From Zygnema circumcarinatum SAG 698-1b (lineage: Eukaryota > Plantae > Zygnematophyceae): a stretch of DNA of 64,000 bases. The notes beneath the pieces are model-generated. The model was not told the origin of the DNA. It saw only the letters and a list, made by a program, of their open reading frames with translations, and made no database searches. Location: the NCBI GenBank assembly GCA_037447605.1, contig CM074804.1:2604001-2668000 (forward strand). The letters run 5' to 3'. The position numbers and the translations under genes were made by a program. This document shows positions 1-16,600 of the stretch, one piece after another. The stretch's first letter is position 1. The number at the start of each line of letters is the position of its first letter.

Positions 1-500
1 AATTCAAGGGATTTAAGGGTTAAGGTTTTGGCTTCAGGGTTAGGAGTCAGGATTCAAGGGTGAAGGGTTAAGGTTTGGGGATTAGGGTTTAGGTTTTAGG
101 TTAAGGGTTTATAAATCAAGGGTTGAGGGCTAGGAATTGGGGATTAGGGTCTAAGGTTCAGGATTCAAGGGTCGAACGATTAGGATTTGGGATTTTTGGG
201 GTTTAGGGTGTAGGGTCAGGATTGAAGGGTTGAAAGGTTGAAGGGTTTGGGGTTGGGCTTTGTGAGGTTTATTGTTTAGGGTTCAGGATTCAAGGGTTTA
301 AGGGTTAGGGTTGGGGTTTAGGGTTAAGGCGTAAGCGTTCTAAGGTTTTAGGTTTCAGGGTGGTTCATTAAAGGTTTAGGGATTAGCACCAGAGTGCAAG
401 ATTTAGAGTTTCTAGGTCAGGGTTTACAGTTTATGGCTCCATGACAGAGTTCAGGGTTTAAGGTGTCAGAGTTTCGAGAGGGTCTATGCCTGGGTTTTGG
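1..500 (+). repeat. Degenerate 7-mer telomere-like (GGGTTTA/GGATTCA) tract inside OCT intron 1
   Basis: Roughly 7-nt periodic gggttta, gggttag, ggattca units in the intron following exon 1 of the minus-strand OCT gene. Confidence 0.8.
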
Positions 501-570
501 TTTAAGATTTAAGGGTAGGGGTCAAGAAATAGAGTTATGTAGAAAGCGCTGAATTCCGGCAATTTCTGAC

Positions 571-820
571 CGGCAAAAATCATGATCAGGGTTTGAAAGG
601 CCTCCAATATCCACGCCAGCCCCAGAGAGTAAAAGTGCAGCGCCTGCGACGGCCCAAAATCGCCCACGTAGCGCTGCAGCACCTCGTCCACCGTCAACTC
701 CTCGGCCAATCGCGTGCTGCCACGTGGCGCCTCCCCTTCACCTTCCTGGAAGCTGCGGTGCTCCCCCTCCTGACCGCCCGCCGCGAGGAGCGGCTCGCGG
801 AGAGCGAGAGAGGCTGACAT
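571..820 (-). CDS. OCT: Organic cation/carnitine transporter-like (MFS), exon 1 only; gene continues off the left end of the window
   Basis: MSASLALREPLL...LTVDEVLQRYVGDFGPSQALHFYSLGLAWILEAFQTLIMIFA resembles plant OCT N-termini and the paralog at 20452-20725. Phase-1 GT donor at 570-569, same position and phase as in the paralog. Confidence 0.8.
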
Positions 821-846
821 GGCGGCCAGGACGAATCAAGAGAGGC

Positions 847-1082
847 CACGTGGCAGAGTTGCCGGTCGCGGCGCGCCACGTGGCAGCACACGTGGCTCGG
901 ACTCTGGGCTGCGAGCCGTCCCAAGCAACACACACCCCCCCTCCCCATCCCCGAGCCTCGTCCCGGGGGGGGGCTTGGCGGACAGGACGCGTCTTGTCAA
1001 CTACGGTGCGGCCCATGTACACATGGCAGTGGGATGTGTTGCCGCGTGGCAGTCATCGCGACCAGTAGCCCAACGCCACGTG
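847..1082. promoter_or_regulatory. G-box/ABRE cluster upstream of the first OCT gene
   Basis: CACGTG at 847, 877, 889 and 1077, within ~260 bp of the ATG at 820. Confidence 0.55.
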
Positions 1083-2021
1083 GTGGGGTACCCTCACCGC
1101 AGCCGGGCGGGGCACGGACCGTACGGCCGGGCCTGGGCGGGCGGCGGGCGGAGGGCGGCCTGTCGCCAGCCGGCGGGCCCCGCGAGAGAAGACGACGGCA
1201 GAGTGTTGTGTTCCATGGAGCGCGCAGTTAACGCTTTAGCGAAATCTAATGAATTCACTGAACACGGAGTACATCGGCACAGTTTACTGAGCGTAGATAT
1301 CGCCGTATGAATTCTTTCATCTGGAAGGGGAACAAATGTTCGACAAAGTACAGGAGAAAGCAGGTGCGAGTATGTGCATGAGACCGACGTAAACCCTAAG
1401 CCATGAACGTTAAATACTGAACCCTCCTTCCTGAAACGCCAGTACGCTCAAACCCCTAAAGAAACGACCATTTGAAGGACCTTCACAAAAATAAAGGAAG
1501 AAAAGGACAAACGGCCATGCTGTGAAGGGGAGGCACATTTCCCCATGGAAATATTTTTAGGTTTTTTAGGGTGGGATTTTAGGCAATTTTAGGCACTACG
1601 GCAAAACGGAGGACGGCTCGAAACATGGACATGCAAATGGACATTGAAATGGACACTGTCAAGTCACGATCCAAACTCCAGAAAAGGTCCATGACAAGAC
1701 CAGAGACCAGAATCCTAGTTTGCAAAACCAAAACTAGTTTGCAAGCTAAAATTGGACCGAAGTTCAAACCGGAACTTCGGAGCCCAGTATTGGGCGGCTC
1801 CGCAGGGCAGGCTGCTGCGATTCTCACAACTCTGCAAGTTCTGGCGGATGCACCCCAACATAACCGCATGGAGAAACCATCCTGAACGAGTGGCTCCAAA
1901 GTCCAAAGTCATCCGAATCGGGTTTTGAAAGGTGTGAAAAAATACAACTCTAAAAGTGCAGTAAGGATGAAGGCGAGCAGCATATGCAGTCGACTGACAC
2001 TGTTCACTGTAAAAAAGAAAA

Positions 2022-4010
<1,989 letters not shown>

Positions 4011-4372
4011 GGTGAGAGTACGAGAGAAACAATAAAAATTACCAAGAGTGTCCGACCATCAACAATAGAGCAGGTTGCGTTGGCCTGCTGAATCCCAAAT
4101 CCTAGAGGCTACAAAACCTAAACTTCTATGCTCACTAAATGCTCAAACTCAATCCAGTTTCCGTGGAAAATTGGCCAACCCTGGTACAGTCCCACAAACA
4201 TGATTGAATACAACGGTAACATGATCAGATTACCGTTAAAGCAGCTCCTCGGAACTCCATAATTTAACCGACCCTAACTCCAACCCCACACCTGCCCTTA
4301 CACTACCACAAGCTCGCCCTCCTCCACAGTAGGGTTCAGGACCAAGGTCAGTGTTAAAGAATTTCACACCAC

Positions 4373-7300
4373 TTAGCGGGAGAGGGTCATGCTCCTCCCT
4401 CCCGCTGACTTGCCACGGGAGCTGCGGGAGCTCCTGAGACCCGAGCTTGAAGTAGTCTTCTTGGAGGGAGAGGGAGAGGGAGAGGGAGTTGTGGTGGAGA
4501 AGAGGCGGAGCTTCCCTTTACCGCGGACACTCCTGCCCCCCCTTGTGCTTCCTCCCTTCCTCACACTCGCTACCACAGGCTGCTGAGAGGACTCAGTGGG
4601 CTTGTACTCTTCATACACAAACGAGGAAGAGTCGAAGGAGGAGACCTCCAGCTCCGGAACTTCTACCTCTACAGTAGTGCTCCTTGAACTCCTCACCACC
4701 TTCCCTCTACCTCGGCCCCGGAGCCCCTTTCCGCGGCTGCCAACAGCAGAGCGGGAGGAGCTTCTGATAGGTTCATCAGTAGAGTAGCTTGAGTAATCAA
4801 ATGCGGGAGCCTCATAGGTGGGAGGGGGAGTGGGAGTGGGAATGGGAGTGGGAGTGGGAGTGGGAATGAGAGTGGGAGTGGGAGTGGGTTCATACGTGGG
4901 TTCAGGGACGAATGCTGGTTTGGATTGTACTACAGAAGTAGCCTTAGCAGTACCGCGAGCTACGAACCGACCCCGTCCTCTCCCTCCCCTGGCAGTGCGA
5001 AGGCCTCCCCTGGGAGTAGGAGCAGCTTTGGAAGTTCCGGATTTTGAGGTTCGGCCCTGGAAGAGATCACTGAACTGGTTCGCATAGAAATCGGGTTTGA
5101 TGCTGTTTCCATAGCCTTGCAATTCTTCTGCAGTTGTGATTCCTGCAGAGAGATGAATGGAAAGGAGGAGACTAAGCACACTGTTTGAGGTTACGAGGTT
5201 GGGAGAGGAGAGGGAAGGAAAGAGGACGTTGAGTAGGGGTACGAGGGGAGGGACCGAAGACGAGCTGGAGGGGGAGGCGTTGGCTGCTGTATGCTGGAGG
5301 GGAGGGAGGGGGAAGAGAGGAAACAACTCAGTGGTGCCTCCCACTCGGTATCTATCTCTTCACCCCAATCCATACATAACGATTCCTGTGTGTTTGGAGA
5401 GGTTCACACACCTGACAGCACAAGCAGTGTTTTTGTTCCTGCTATTTTCCCGAACAGGATATCATTATCCAACTGATCTCCCACCACACATACATCCGAT
5501 GGAGTGATTCCGAGCCTGTTATCACCCAAGCAACAACACATGAGATGCTTGTCTTTCACCCAATACCAAGGAGCAGCTCTCTCTTGCTCTCTCACTCTCT
5601 CTCTCTCTCTACCTTTTTAATACAGTTCAAAAGTATCTTTTCGACAAAAACATCACGAGAAAAAAATACAAATAAGGCAGTGTGTAGAGTACCCTGAACA
5701 AGGTAGGAATATCAGTTACAATTTACATGAAAAACAAAAATGAAGGAAACTCAGCATGGGCCTTACTCAAGGGCAATGACATCGAGCATGAAGGGCGAGG
5801 GCTGGCCCAGTACAATGGGCTCCTTTTGGGAACTGCCTTGGACCGCACTCACCATAGCACCCGCACCTGTGACATTGCAAAGTTAAGAAAGATTTAAAAA
5901 TAGAATAGAATAGAGATAAGATAAGAGAAAATCTAGGAGAAGAATAGAAGTTGGAAAGGGAAACTGTGACAAGTCGTCAGGCTTTCAAGGTAAATATTGT
6001 ACACGTTTTGGGGTCTTGGGTAAATTAAGAAGACCAAAGGTTGAGATTCAGTTATTTCTCCAGTTTCCGAATAAGGACTTGGATGAAACTGGCTTAGCTG
6101 CTGCTGGCCCATCTAACCGCATCCGGAATTTGAGTAACTAAGCAATTCACTTTCATGATCGCATCACTATGTTGGTTTGATTGAATCACTCAGCAGGTGG
6201 GGAGAGGGAGAGCGAGGGAGAGTGGGAGAGAGGGAGGGTGGAAAGTGTGTGGGTGCGAGAGGGAGACGAGGAGCAGGTGAGAAGGAGAACTCACCAGCCC
6301 ATTCTTGGGCGCCAGTTAGATCTTTGATTGAATCCTTGTTTGTGGCAATGAATCGACAGTCGGGGTTTTCTCGGAGGCACAGAGTGGCGTACCTGAAGCC
6401 AAGAAATCAAAATCCTCGAAAATGAGCATGCATGCAGGTTCGCAGAAACTAGAATGATGAGTTTTCACATCCATCCGCTTTAAGGAAGAAGGATAAAGAA
6501 AACCCAGCATTGCTGAGAAAATTAGACTTCCAAAAAGATTGTAGAAGGTCAGTTCTTACTGCAGCTTGTAGTAGTTAATATTACGGTCAAAACCGACCAC
6601 CACAGCTCCAACCTGTAAGCCCGAAGGATCCCATTTTCCACCCAGTTAGCATCTCATGCCTCCGTTTTTTGCTCATTCAAGTTGAAAAGAAAGCACTATG
6701 AAGAACTAGAAGGGCCAGCGATGATGAAACCAGTGTTACATGCCGTACAATCATCAGTCATCATTTGAGGTACATTTGGAAGTGCTACCACCCTCCATTT
6801 TTAGAAAACAAGAGCTAGAGCTCAAAAAAGCTATTTTAACAGGATACTTATATAAATACGTTAAAAGATCCAGCTACCCTTTCTGGAAATTCAAAAATCG
6901 AATTCCTTAAGAGTCATTGGGCTTCCAAGAAGCATGTGGGATGCAAAGTGGTATTTAAGGCTCGTAAAACAAACTCACCTCTTCATCATGGCTCATGTAG
7001 CTGCCCTCTGTAAGTTTAATCGCCTTTCCTGAATCCTCCTGCATACCAAGATGGGCAAAACAAATTCTAAAAGATTTCTCTTTTCTGCTCCTTTGCGTTC
7101 ACGACACCTTTGCCAAAACTGGAAATGGAATGTTTAAGCCCGGAAGCATGCAATTAAAGGACTAATTAACAGGAAATGCGTAGGAAGCATTACTGGAAGG
7201 AAGCAGAAGAGACTGGAGGCTCAATGCAAGGCCTGGCAGCTGCACTTACAGGTCCTCCCAATGTTGTGAAGCCTTCGAGTTCAATTTCTTCCACAAGTCC

Positions 7301-9056
7301 CTTTTCTCCGATAACATACACCTGCACCCCACAATGAGAAATCAGCAACATACAAGTTCACAAAAACGAAAATAACATGCAGAGGGTGTGTATCTTCACA
7401 TCTATTGGGTCTCTTGTAATGTCATTGATCCCTCTCTCTTTCTCTCTCTCTGACATATTTTGTGGCTGCAGGCAAAGCTGTTTAGTACCGACATCTAATA
7501 ATTTTACACTATGGAAATTGTCTTCCTCTAATTTTTTTTTCCGTGTTTCCATCATCTTGAAGCCCTTTCACTTGCAGTTGAAATATAATTCTATCAATGA
7601 CAGATCCTGCGGCCCAAATGCTCTGTGCAAACTCCACATTTAGAAAACGCGACACTCTAAAGATCGCTTTTAGAAAGCAGGAACTCTCTCCTTCTCGCGC
7701 CCTCACTCTCTCCTTGTCTCACTTTCCATGTCAACTAAAGAATGAATATCTCTGATATAAATTCCTAGTTATGTATGGGCTTGCTCACAGTTATTATGCA
7801 GGAGGGAGGGTCTCCTTAAGGGATATTTTCAATAAGGAGACTCTGTAGGGGCACCTTCTTCCATGTCGGGAAGTTCAGATTTTTCAGGTAGGCGGCAGCT
7901 CCATATGACGAGGGGTATATTTCCTCCTGCAATTAAAATGCAAACAAATAATAAACAAAATAGAATGAAACATTGGACAGTTGCTTTCTGTCAATAACAC
8001 GAGTTGCTGAGCTCTTATCATGAATGAGTCAATAGTGGATACATGCACGCACACATGCATCCATGTATACATGCATGCATCAAACAATATAAAATGATGC
8101 AATGGATGACATTCACCTGAGGGATATAAAGGCCGAGCTCCAGAAACTTCCTCGAATAGTCCTTTCTTGTTAAAGTGGAGTCGCTTGTGATGAATGCCAA
8201 CTTCTTGCCCTGCACCGCACCACAACAAATGAAAGTTGCAACTGCTATGAGTATTAGGAACTTCAACGATTGGAGGCTTTCAAAATGTGAAAGAAAGAAA
8301 CTGACAGAAAAAAATGAGCTTTTTTGGCTAATTCTTCCAAAACGGACATTTAGAACCCCTGCTTTCAGTCCTTAGATGGCCAGAGAAATGCACGACAATT
8401 AAGGAAAAGGAAAAGGTCACAGATAGAGGTGAAAGAAAAGGAAACATAATGACATATTGAAAGAAGACATTAAGTACTTGATACCATCACAACAGTAGTC
8501 CCGCCGTGGAACAAAACATTCAGTATGAAAGACAACATACACGCCTTTGCAAGGAGTCCCACTAAATTCTCACGAATGGATTTCAGTTCATTGTTCTGTG
8601 AAGTAAAGGGCGCAGTGTGAACACAAATGGTCGGTTCAAGCCTACCAAAGCTCGAAGCTCGTCGAGGGTCTCGATCACTCCCTCCATCAAGCTCTCCCCA
8701 TCCCAAACTACACCTGCACAAAGATAACCGTAACGAAGAAAAAAAAAGGTACAAACATCAGTTTGGACCAAGGCTGTTGACGCAGAAGAATCGCATATGT
8801 TTTTTCGACTACGTCAGCATCAGTTTCTTATCGGAACTTAACTAAATAGCAACATGGTGCCTAAACAATGTAGTCTCACATTTTCGAGCGATAGTTTCAA
8901 CAGTTTTGAAATGAGTTTGAATGAGATGTGATGGCTGCCACAACTCTTTAAAGTGAAAGAAAAGACCTAGGCTTATCTCACCATCAATGTCAATCACAAA
9001 TGCCTTAACGCTTTCGACCAGTTGACCGGGTGTCGACAGAAATCGCAGAGATCCCG
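4373..9056 (-). CDS. HAD-IIA phosphoglycolate/4-nitrophenyl phosphatase-like protein with altered motifs and long low-complexity C-terminal tail; 5' end unresolved
   Basis: Frame-consistent GT-AG exons: 9056-8982, 8713-8646, 8209-8117, 7926-7855, 7321-7250, 7038-6979, 6612-6560, 6392-6295, 5866-5767, 5515-5412, 5142-4373. Translation follows plant PGLP: FVIDIDGVVW, VGAVVVGFDRNINYYKLQYATLCLRENP, FIATN, GDQLDNDILFG, KTLLVLSG. Confidence 0.88.
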
Positions 9057-9178
9057 CTGCATGTCAAAGACGAGGTGACAAAAAAGAAACAATAAAACGG
9101 CTTATTTATCTTCTCAAATGGTGTTAATTCATTTCCGATTAGTCTAGAGATGAAGAACGTTCCAGAAAGTGCACACTC

Positions 9179-9212
<34 letters not shown>

Positions 9213-10889
9213 TAATGGCGTCAAGGAATGGCAACCAACCATGCAAGCCAAAGAAGTCCCCAGTCATTTGAACAGAAGCCTTTACAAAGCTACAATAATC
9301 CTTTAACAATTTCCAGAAAGACTAACCCAGCTATCTGAGCTCCCAGCACCAGCAGACAACAACCTCTAGTGCTGAAGTGGGAGAGAACGAGAGAGAGAAC
9401 ATAGGGAGAGAGGCGAAGAGTGAGAGTCCCCTTTTTAGAACTGACACATAAAACCGACACACAGCAAAGTAAGACCTGCACAAAAGAAACAGCAGTCCAA
9501 TACGGAAACATGCAAGACTAATGTGTCACACGTGACGTTTACTCCGGAAAGAGAATCCTCAGAATTCAAGAGACTTCAATCTAAACCTTTATGCATACAA
9601 GCAATGGAAACCACTTTGTTTAAGAATAAGAGGAATTATGTGTACAACCAAATTACAAGAAGATGAAATTGTTCGAGTGGTTTCTGTTGGTCTAACCAGC
9701 TGGGATGCGTCGAACACACACTACAAATATTGCAAACCCACGAAATTCAAATCAATTGATCCAAGTATACTTTCAACTTTAGTACAAAAAAAAAGTAGCA
9801 ATTGTTTCATTCTTTTTGTTTATCCAACCTCGAGCAGTGCCATTGATAGTCATTCCAAGAGCAGCGACAGCTGGCAGCGCTCCGCAGGACCTCGCTCCGA
9901 TTGGGCGGACGGCGGCAGGTGAGGACGTTCCAGTTTTTTGTCGCAAACCGGAAAACTGAGGAAGTGCTCTGCGCACTCAATACCGCAGCAGCAGGTCATT
10001 GGTTACAAAACACCAAACAATGACATTTTAAGCTTCAAAAAAAGGCAGCAACTGCTGCCGCTGCTGCGAATGTGTAGGGATAGGCAGCAGGAATACAAAG
10101 AATCGTGGTTTCCAGAGCAACTGAACAGCCAGCATTTCAAAATAGAGATGATGACGAAGAGGTTACAGCAAGTGACGAGCCCTACAAAGAGACGTTTCAG
10201 GACATCACACACATTGCAAGTCCACAGTGTTGAAGCCAAGGTTCACATGAGCCTACTGAACTTGAAAGGAGCAGTCCTAACCAGCACTTCGTGTTTCTCA
10301 GTCCAAATGATGAATCAATAGGCAGAAGAGCAGCTGAACACTCAATTCGTCGAAAAAACGATCCATTGCACAGTACCCACATGTGCATACATGCACAGAC
10401 ATTCATGCACATACACCTATATGAACTGGCACATACATACATACATTCATTCATCCAGACACATTTCCCCGACATACATCGAGGCAAAACAAGAAATCTG
10501 GACCACTTCTTGAAAGACCACGACACCGATGAATTGATTAATGCAGCAAATACCAGCGGATCCGTGAAACATTTTTTCCACACATGCAAGAAGGATCCCT
10601 GCATGACAGCGAAATCAGATCAACCTTTCCAGTCAAGGTAAACCATTGCAGCCCTGAGTCCACCACTCAAAAGTGTTCCAGCATCCACTTTTTCGGTTCT
10701 TAAAGATGCACCAAACATTCCAGAGGCGTGTGACAGCAACATTGAATGCTGAACATCATTCCGACGATGTCAGCAGACAGACAATCGAAGCTTAGAGACG
10801 TCCTCATCCAGGCAATAAAACCTAAATGACTCACTACACTGTTGCAGGATTCCTGCGAATCCAATGCAGAGCCAACTGTCACCACTCAC

Positions 10890-10987
10890 CTGCTGCTGCT
10901 GCTTCCCTTTGCTGCAGAGCAGCCGCCATGGCTGACAGCTGCAGCAAGAGAGCCCTGAAGAACAGCAGAGCTGCAGATAGCCTCCAT
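10890..10987 (-). CDS. Possible first exon (transit-peptide-like) of the HAD-IIA gene or of an unidentified gene
   Basis: ATG at 10987, Ser/Ala-rich MEAICSSAVLQGSLAAAVSHGGCSAAKGSSSS, good donor AG|GTGAGT. Linking exons to 9056 could not be resolved. Confidence 0.35.
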
Positions 10988-11057
10988 AACTCCTTTACTT
11001 CCTCTACTTCTTCTCTCCTCTCCTTTCTCTCCCCTCTCTCCTCCCTCTCGCCCTCTT

Positions 11058-11101
<44 letters not shown>

Positions 11102-12812
11102 GAGATGTGAAAACTGGTAGCGCACAAACCGGAAGTGCAGGCCAAGTGGTGGGCAAAAGCCGCCCGCCACGTGGCAGCCAAGAAGATCTCCCTGAGTCAT
11201 GACCTTATCGGACGCTCAGTGCGACGGCGCGTGACTTTAGCGAGGGGGAGCGCGCTCGCGAGCGTGTGGCTGGGAGGCGGCGAGGGCGGACGGGGCCGGA
11301 TCACGAACGGAGCGGGGCACGGGATCGGCGCACATAGAAACGGGAACAGGCCTCCGAACAATTTCCCGTTTTTCTGAAGTGCGGAAACGAGCCAACGATT
11401 CAAGTGGAAGCAGAAACGTGTAAACCGGTGGTGTACTGTACGGAGTTTCAAACTCTGAAAGCCACCGCACGCAACTGTGATTTTCAAGATGAATAATCTT
11501 TCATATCCCGTCCAAATTCAGCGGACTGTCACATCCGATTAAGCGCAGAACGGCTATTACCGTACGGTAAGGCATGTCAGACAACAGAATCCAGTAGAGG
11601 ATTATATTTTCAGCAGTACGAAACTGAAAATATTTATACGGAGTATTCTTCCGCATGCGGATGTGTACGGTACCTTCCCGTAAAGACCGCCTTTTGTACG
11701 GACATATAGTACAGTACTGTACACTCTTGCTCTTGTTTCGTACGTTGTTCGTACCGTACCTCGGCCGTTGATGCGGATCCACACCACAGGCTGTGTGGAT
11801 CCAAACCATCATTTTCGTACTTTTTCGTACGGTTAGAGAAAAATATGATCGGTATAAAAGCAATTGCCACGTGGCGCCACGTCACCTTCATTTAGGGCCT
11901 CCCCGGCAGCGCGAACGGACGGCTCCGCAATTTCCGCCATAGAAACGCGAGTTCGAATTTGAAATTTGAAACCTGAAAGCAAACCCTGAATTGAGCCTAG
12001 CCGTAGCTTTCCGCTCCTAGCCGTTTTCTTTTGTCCTTACTCCTTAGGTCCTTTGCACCCAGTTCCTCGTGGTTCCCCATGCTTGACTTTGTCCATGTAC
12101 ATGTGATGGCCTCGCCAGCGTGAGTTCAATGCCACTTCCATTCTCCCCCAGTCCATGCCATTGTCATTCTCATGCACCCCTACCACTAATTAGGTTAGGG
12201 GAGGAGAACTGGCCTTGATCTCACGGTGGCGAGGCCATCACAGGTACACGGGAGGCTAGGTTGAACACACCAAATTAAAGATTCTGGCTTCCCAAAAAAA
12301 CTTTCAAATCCAGTTTTCAAAAGGAAAACTGTTTTGGCTTTATGTTTCTCTTTTTTTTTTTTTTTTTTTGGAGAAACCGCTCCTTGTTCAATGCGAATCC
12401 AATAGATATCCAGTTAAAAATTGAAATCCCAATCCCTCCTTTCCAATAAAAAGTATGACGCTTTGATGACATCATCACCAACCAAGTTTCGCCTCAAAAC
12501 AGCTGCGGCCGTCATGCACGGTCTGTCTAGCGGCAGCCTCTCTGCCCATTCATTTCAGAGGAGCATTATTCACAACCAAAAAAATTGTTTTTCTCGATTG
12601 TAGGAGTGCTACCGATGCGAAACGACAGACCAAAACTGAAAGATACGAAACACTACAATACCGTACAAAAATTACGAATTCTAAAAAAAACCACTAAAAA
12701 CTTTATTGTGTGCACTAAGTCTGTCTGGCAATGCAAAATTACGGTAACTCATTATTTTCTCAGTTTTTTCTCATTATTTTCGATCGGAGAACGATGTTGA
12801 AAAGGAGAAGTT

Positions 12813-15331
<2,519 letters not shown>

Positions 15332-15334
15332 CGT

Positions 15335-15945
15335 CTCCCTCGCCTCCCTTCCTCTCACCACTCTCACTCTCCCCTCCGTATCCTCTCCCTCTATCCCCTC
15401 CACTCTCCTCCTATCCCACCCCTCCCTCCTCTCCCCCCCCTCCCTCCCTCCCTCCCTCCCTCCCTCTTTCCTCTCTCCTCTCCCTCCCTCTTTCCTCTCT
15501 CTCCTCTCCCTCCCTCTTTCTTTCCTCTCCTCTCCCTCCCTCTTTCCTCTCTCCTCTCCCTCCCTCTTCCCTCTTTCCTCCCTCCCTCTCCCTCTCCCTC
15601 CCTCTTTCCTCTCTCCTCTCCCTCCCTCTTTCCTCTCTCCTCTCCCTCCCTCTTTCCTCTCTCCTCTCCCTCCCTCTTTCCTCTCTCCTCTCCCTCCCTC
15701 TTTCCTCTCTCCTCTCCCTCCCTCTTTCCTCTCTCCTCTCCCTCCCTCTTTCCTCTCTCCTCTCCCTCCCTCTTTCCTCTCTCCTCTCCCTCCCTCTTTC
15801 CTCTCCTCCCTCCCTCTTCCCTTTCCTCTCCTCCCTCCCTCATCCCTTTCCTCTCCCTCCCTCTCACCTTTCCTCTCCCTCTTTCCTCTCTTCCTCTCTC
15901 TTCCTCTCTCTCTTCCTCTTTCCCTCTCTCCCCTCCCCCACTTCA
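15335..15945. repeat. Polypyrimidine/polypurine tract with a 24-bp tandem unit (CTCCCTCTTTCCTCTCTCCTCTCC) directly upstream of the AER ATG
   Basis: About 600 bp almost purely C/T on +. The unit repeats several times at ~15600-15800. Confidence 0.9.
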
Positions 15946-16600
15946 GCGCATCGACTTCTCCCCCTCTCCGCACAGCCGCGGGTCGGCGTGCACTCACCAC
16001 GTGTTCCCCGCGCCCGCCCGCGCTCCAATCCGAGCCGTCCATCGACCGTGTCGCCGACACCAACATCGACGTCCAGCGCCAGCGCGCCGCGGCTGCCACG
16101 TTACTCGCACGGGTGGAGATGGCCAATGTTGGATCTCCCGTTGGGCAGTAGAATCCGGAGACGAGCTGCCATGTCAGCTCATGTTGTCCCCGAATCTTGA
16201 CTGAATTTTTAACATGAGACGTCACCACGTGGACACCTTGTCGCTACATGACTACCACGTGGCGCTCTGGAAATCATCGAGCCGTACGGAATGCATGCGA
16301 AGTTCGGAATATGTCCAGACTGCGTTCGCACTGGAGCCCAGCTCTCCGCTGGTCCTGCTGGCGACCTCTCTCTGCTCCTCTCTCTCTCTCTCTGCTCCTC
16401 TCTCTCTCTCTTTCTCCCCAAAAAAAGCCGCATATACTTCAGAAATATCACCTCCTCTAAATAATTAAAATCAACAGTCCAGATTTCTCCCTTTAGCTCA
16501 AGCTCTCAATCCTTCCTCCTCAGACAAGCCTTTCAAGGGCCTTGTCCTTTTAAAATTTGAAGTCTTGAATTAGGCCAGAAAAGCATTAGGGTTTGAGCAC

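Noticed and set aside
1-500. Possible chromosome end
   Set aside because: The repeats are degenerate, G-rich on + (wrong polarity for a left end) and lie within an intron.
9500-10880. ORFs such as 9938-10321 and 10291-10641 (+) as a nested gene, or minus-strand exons linking 10890 to 9056
   Set aside because: No recognisable homology and no phase-consistent exon chain could be built; left unannotated.
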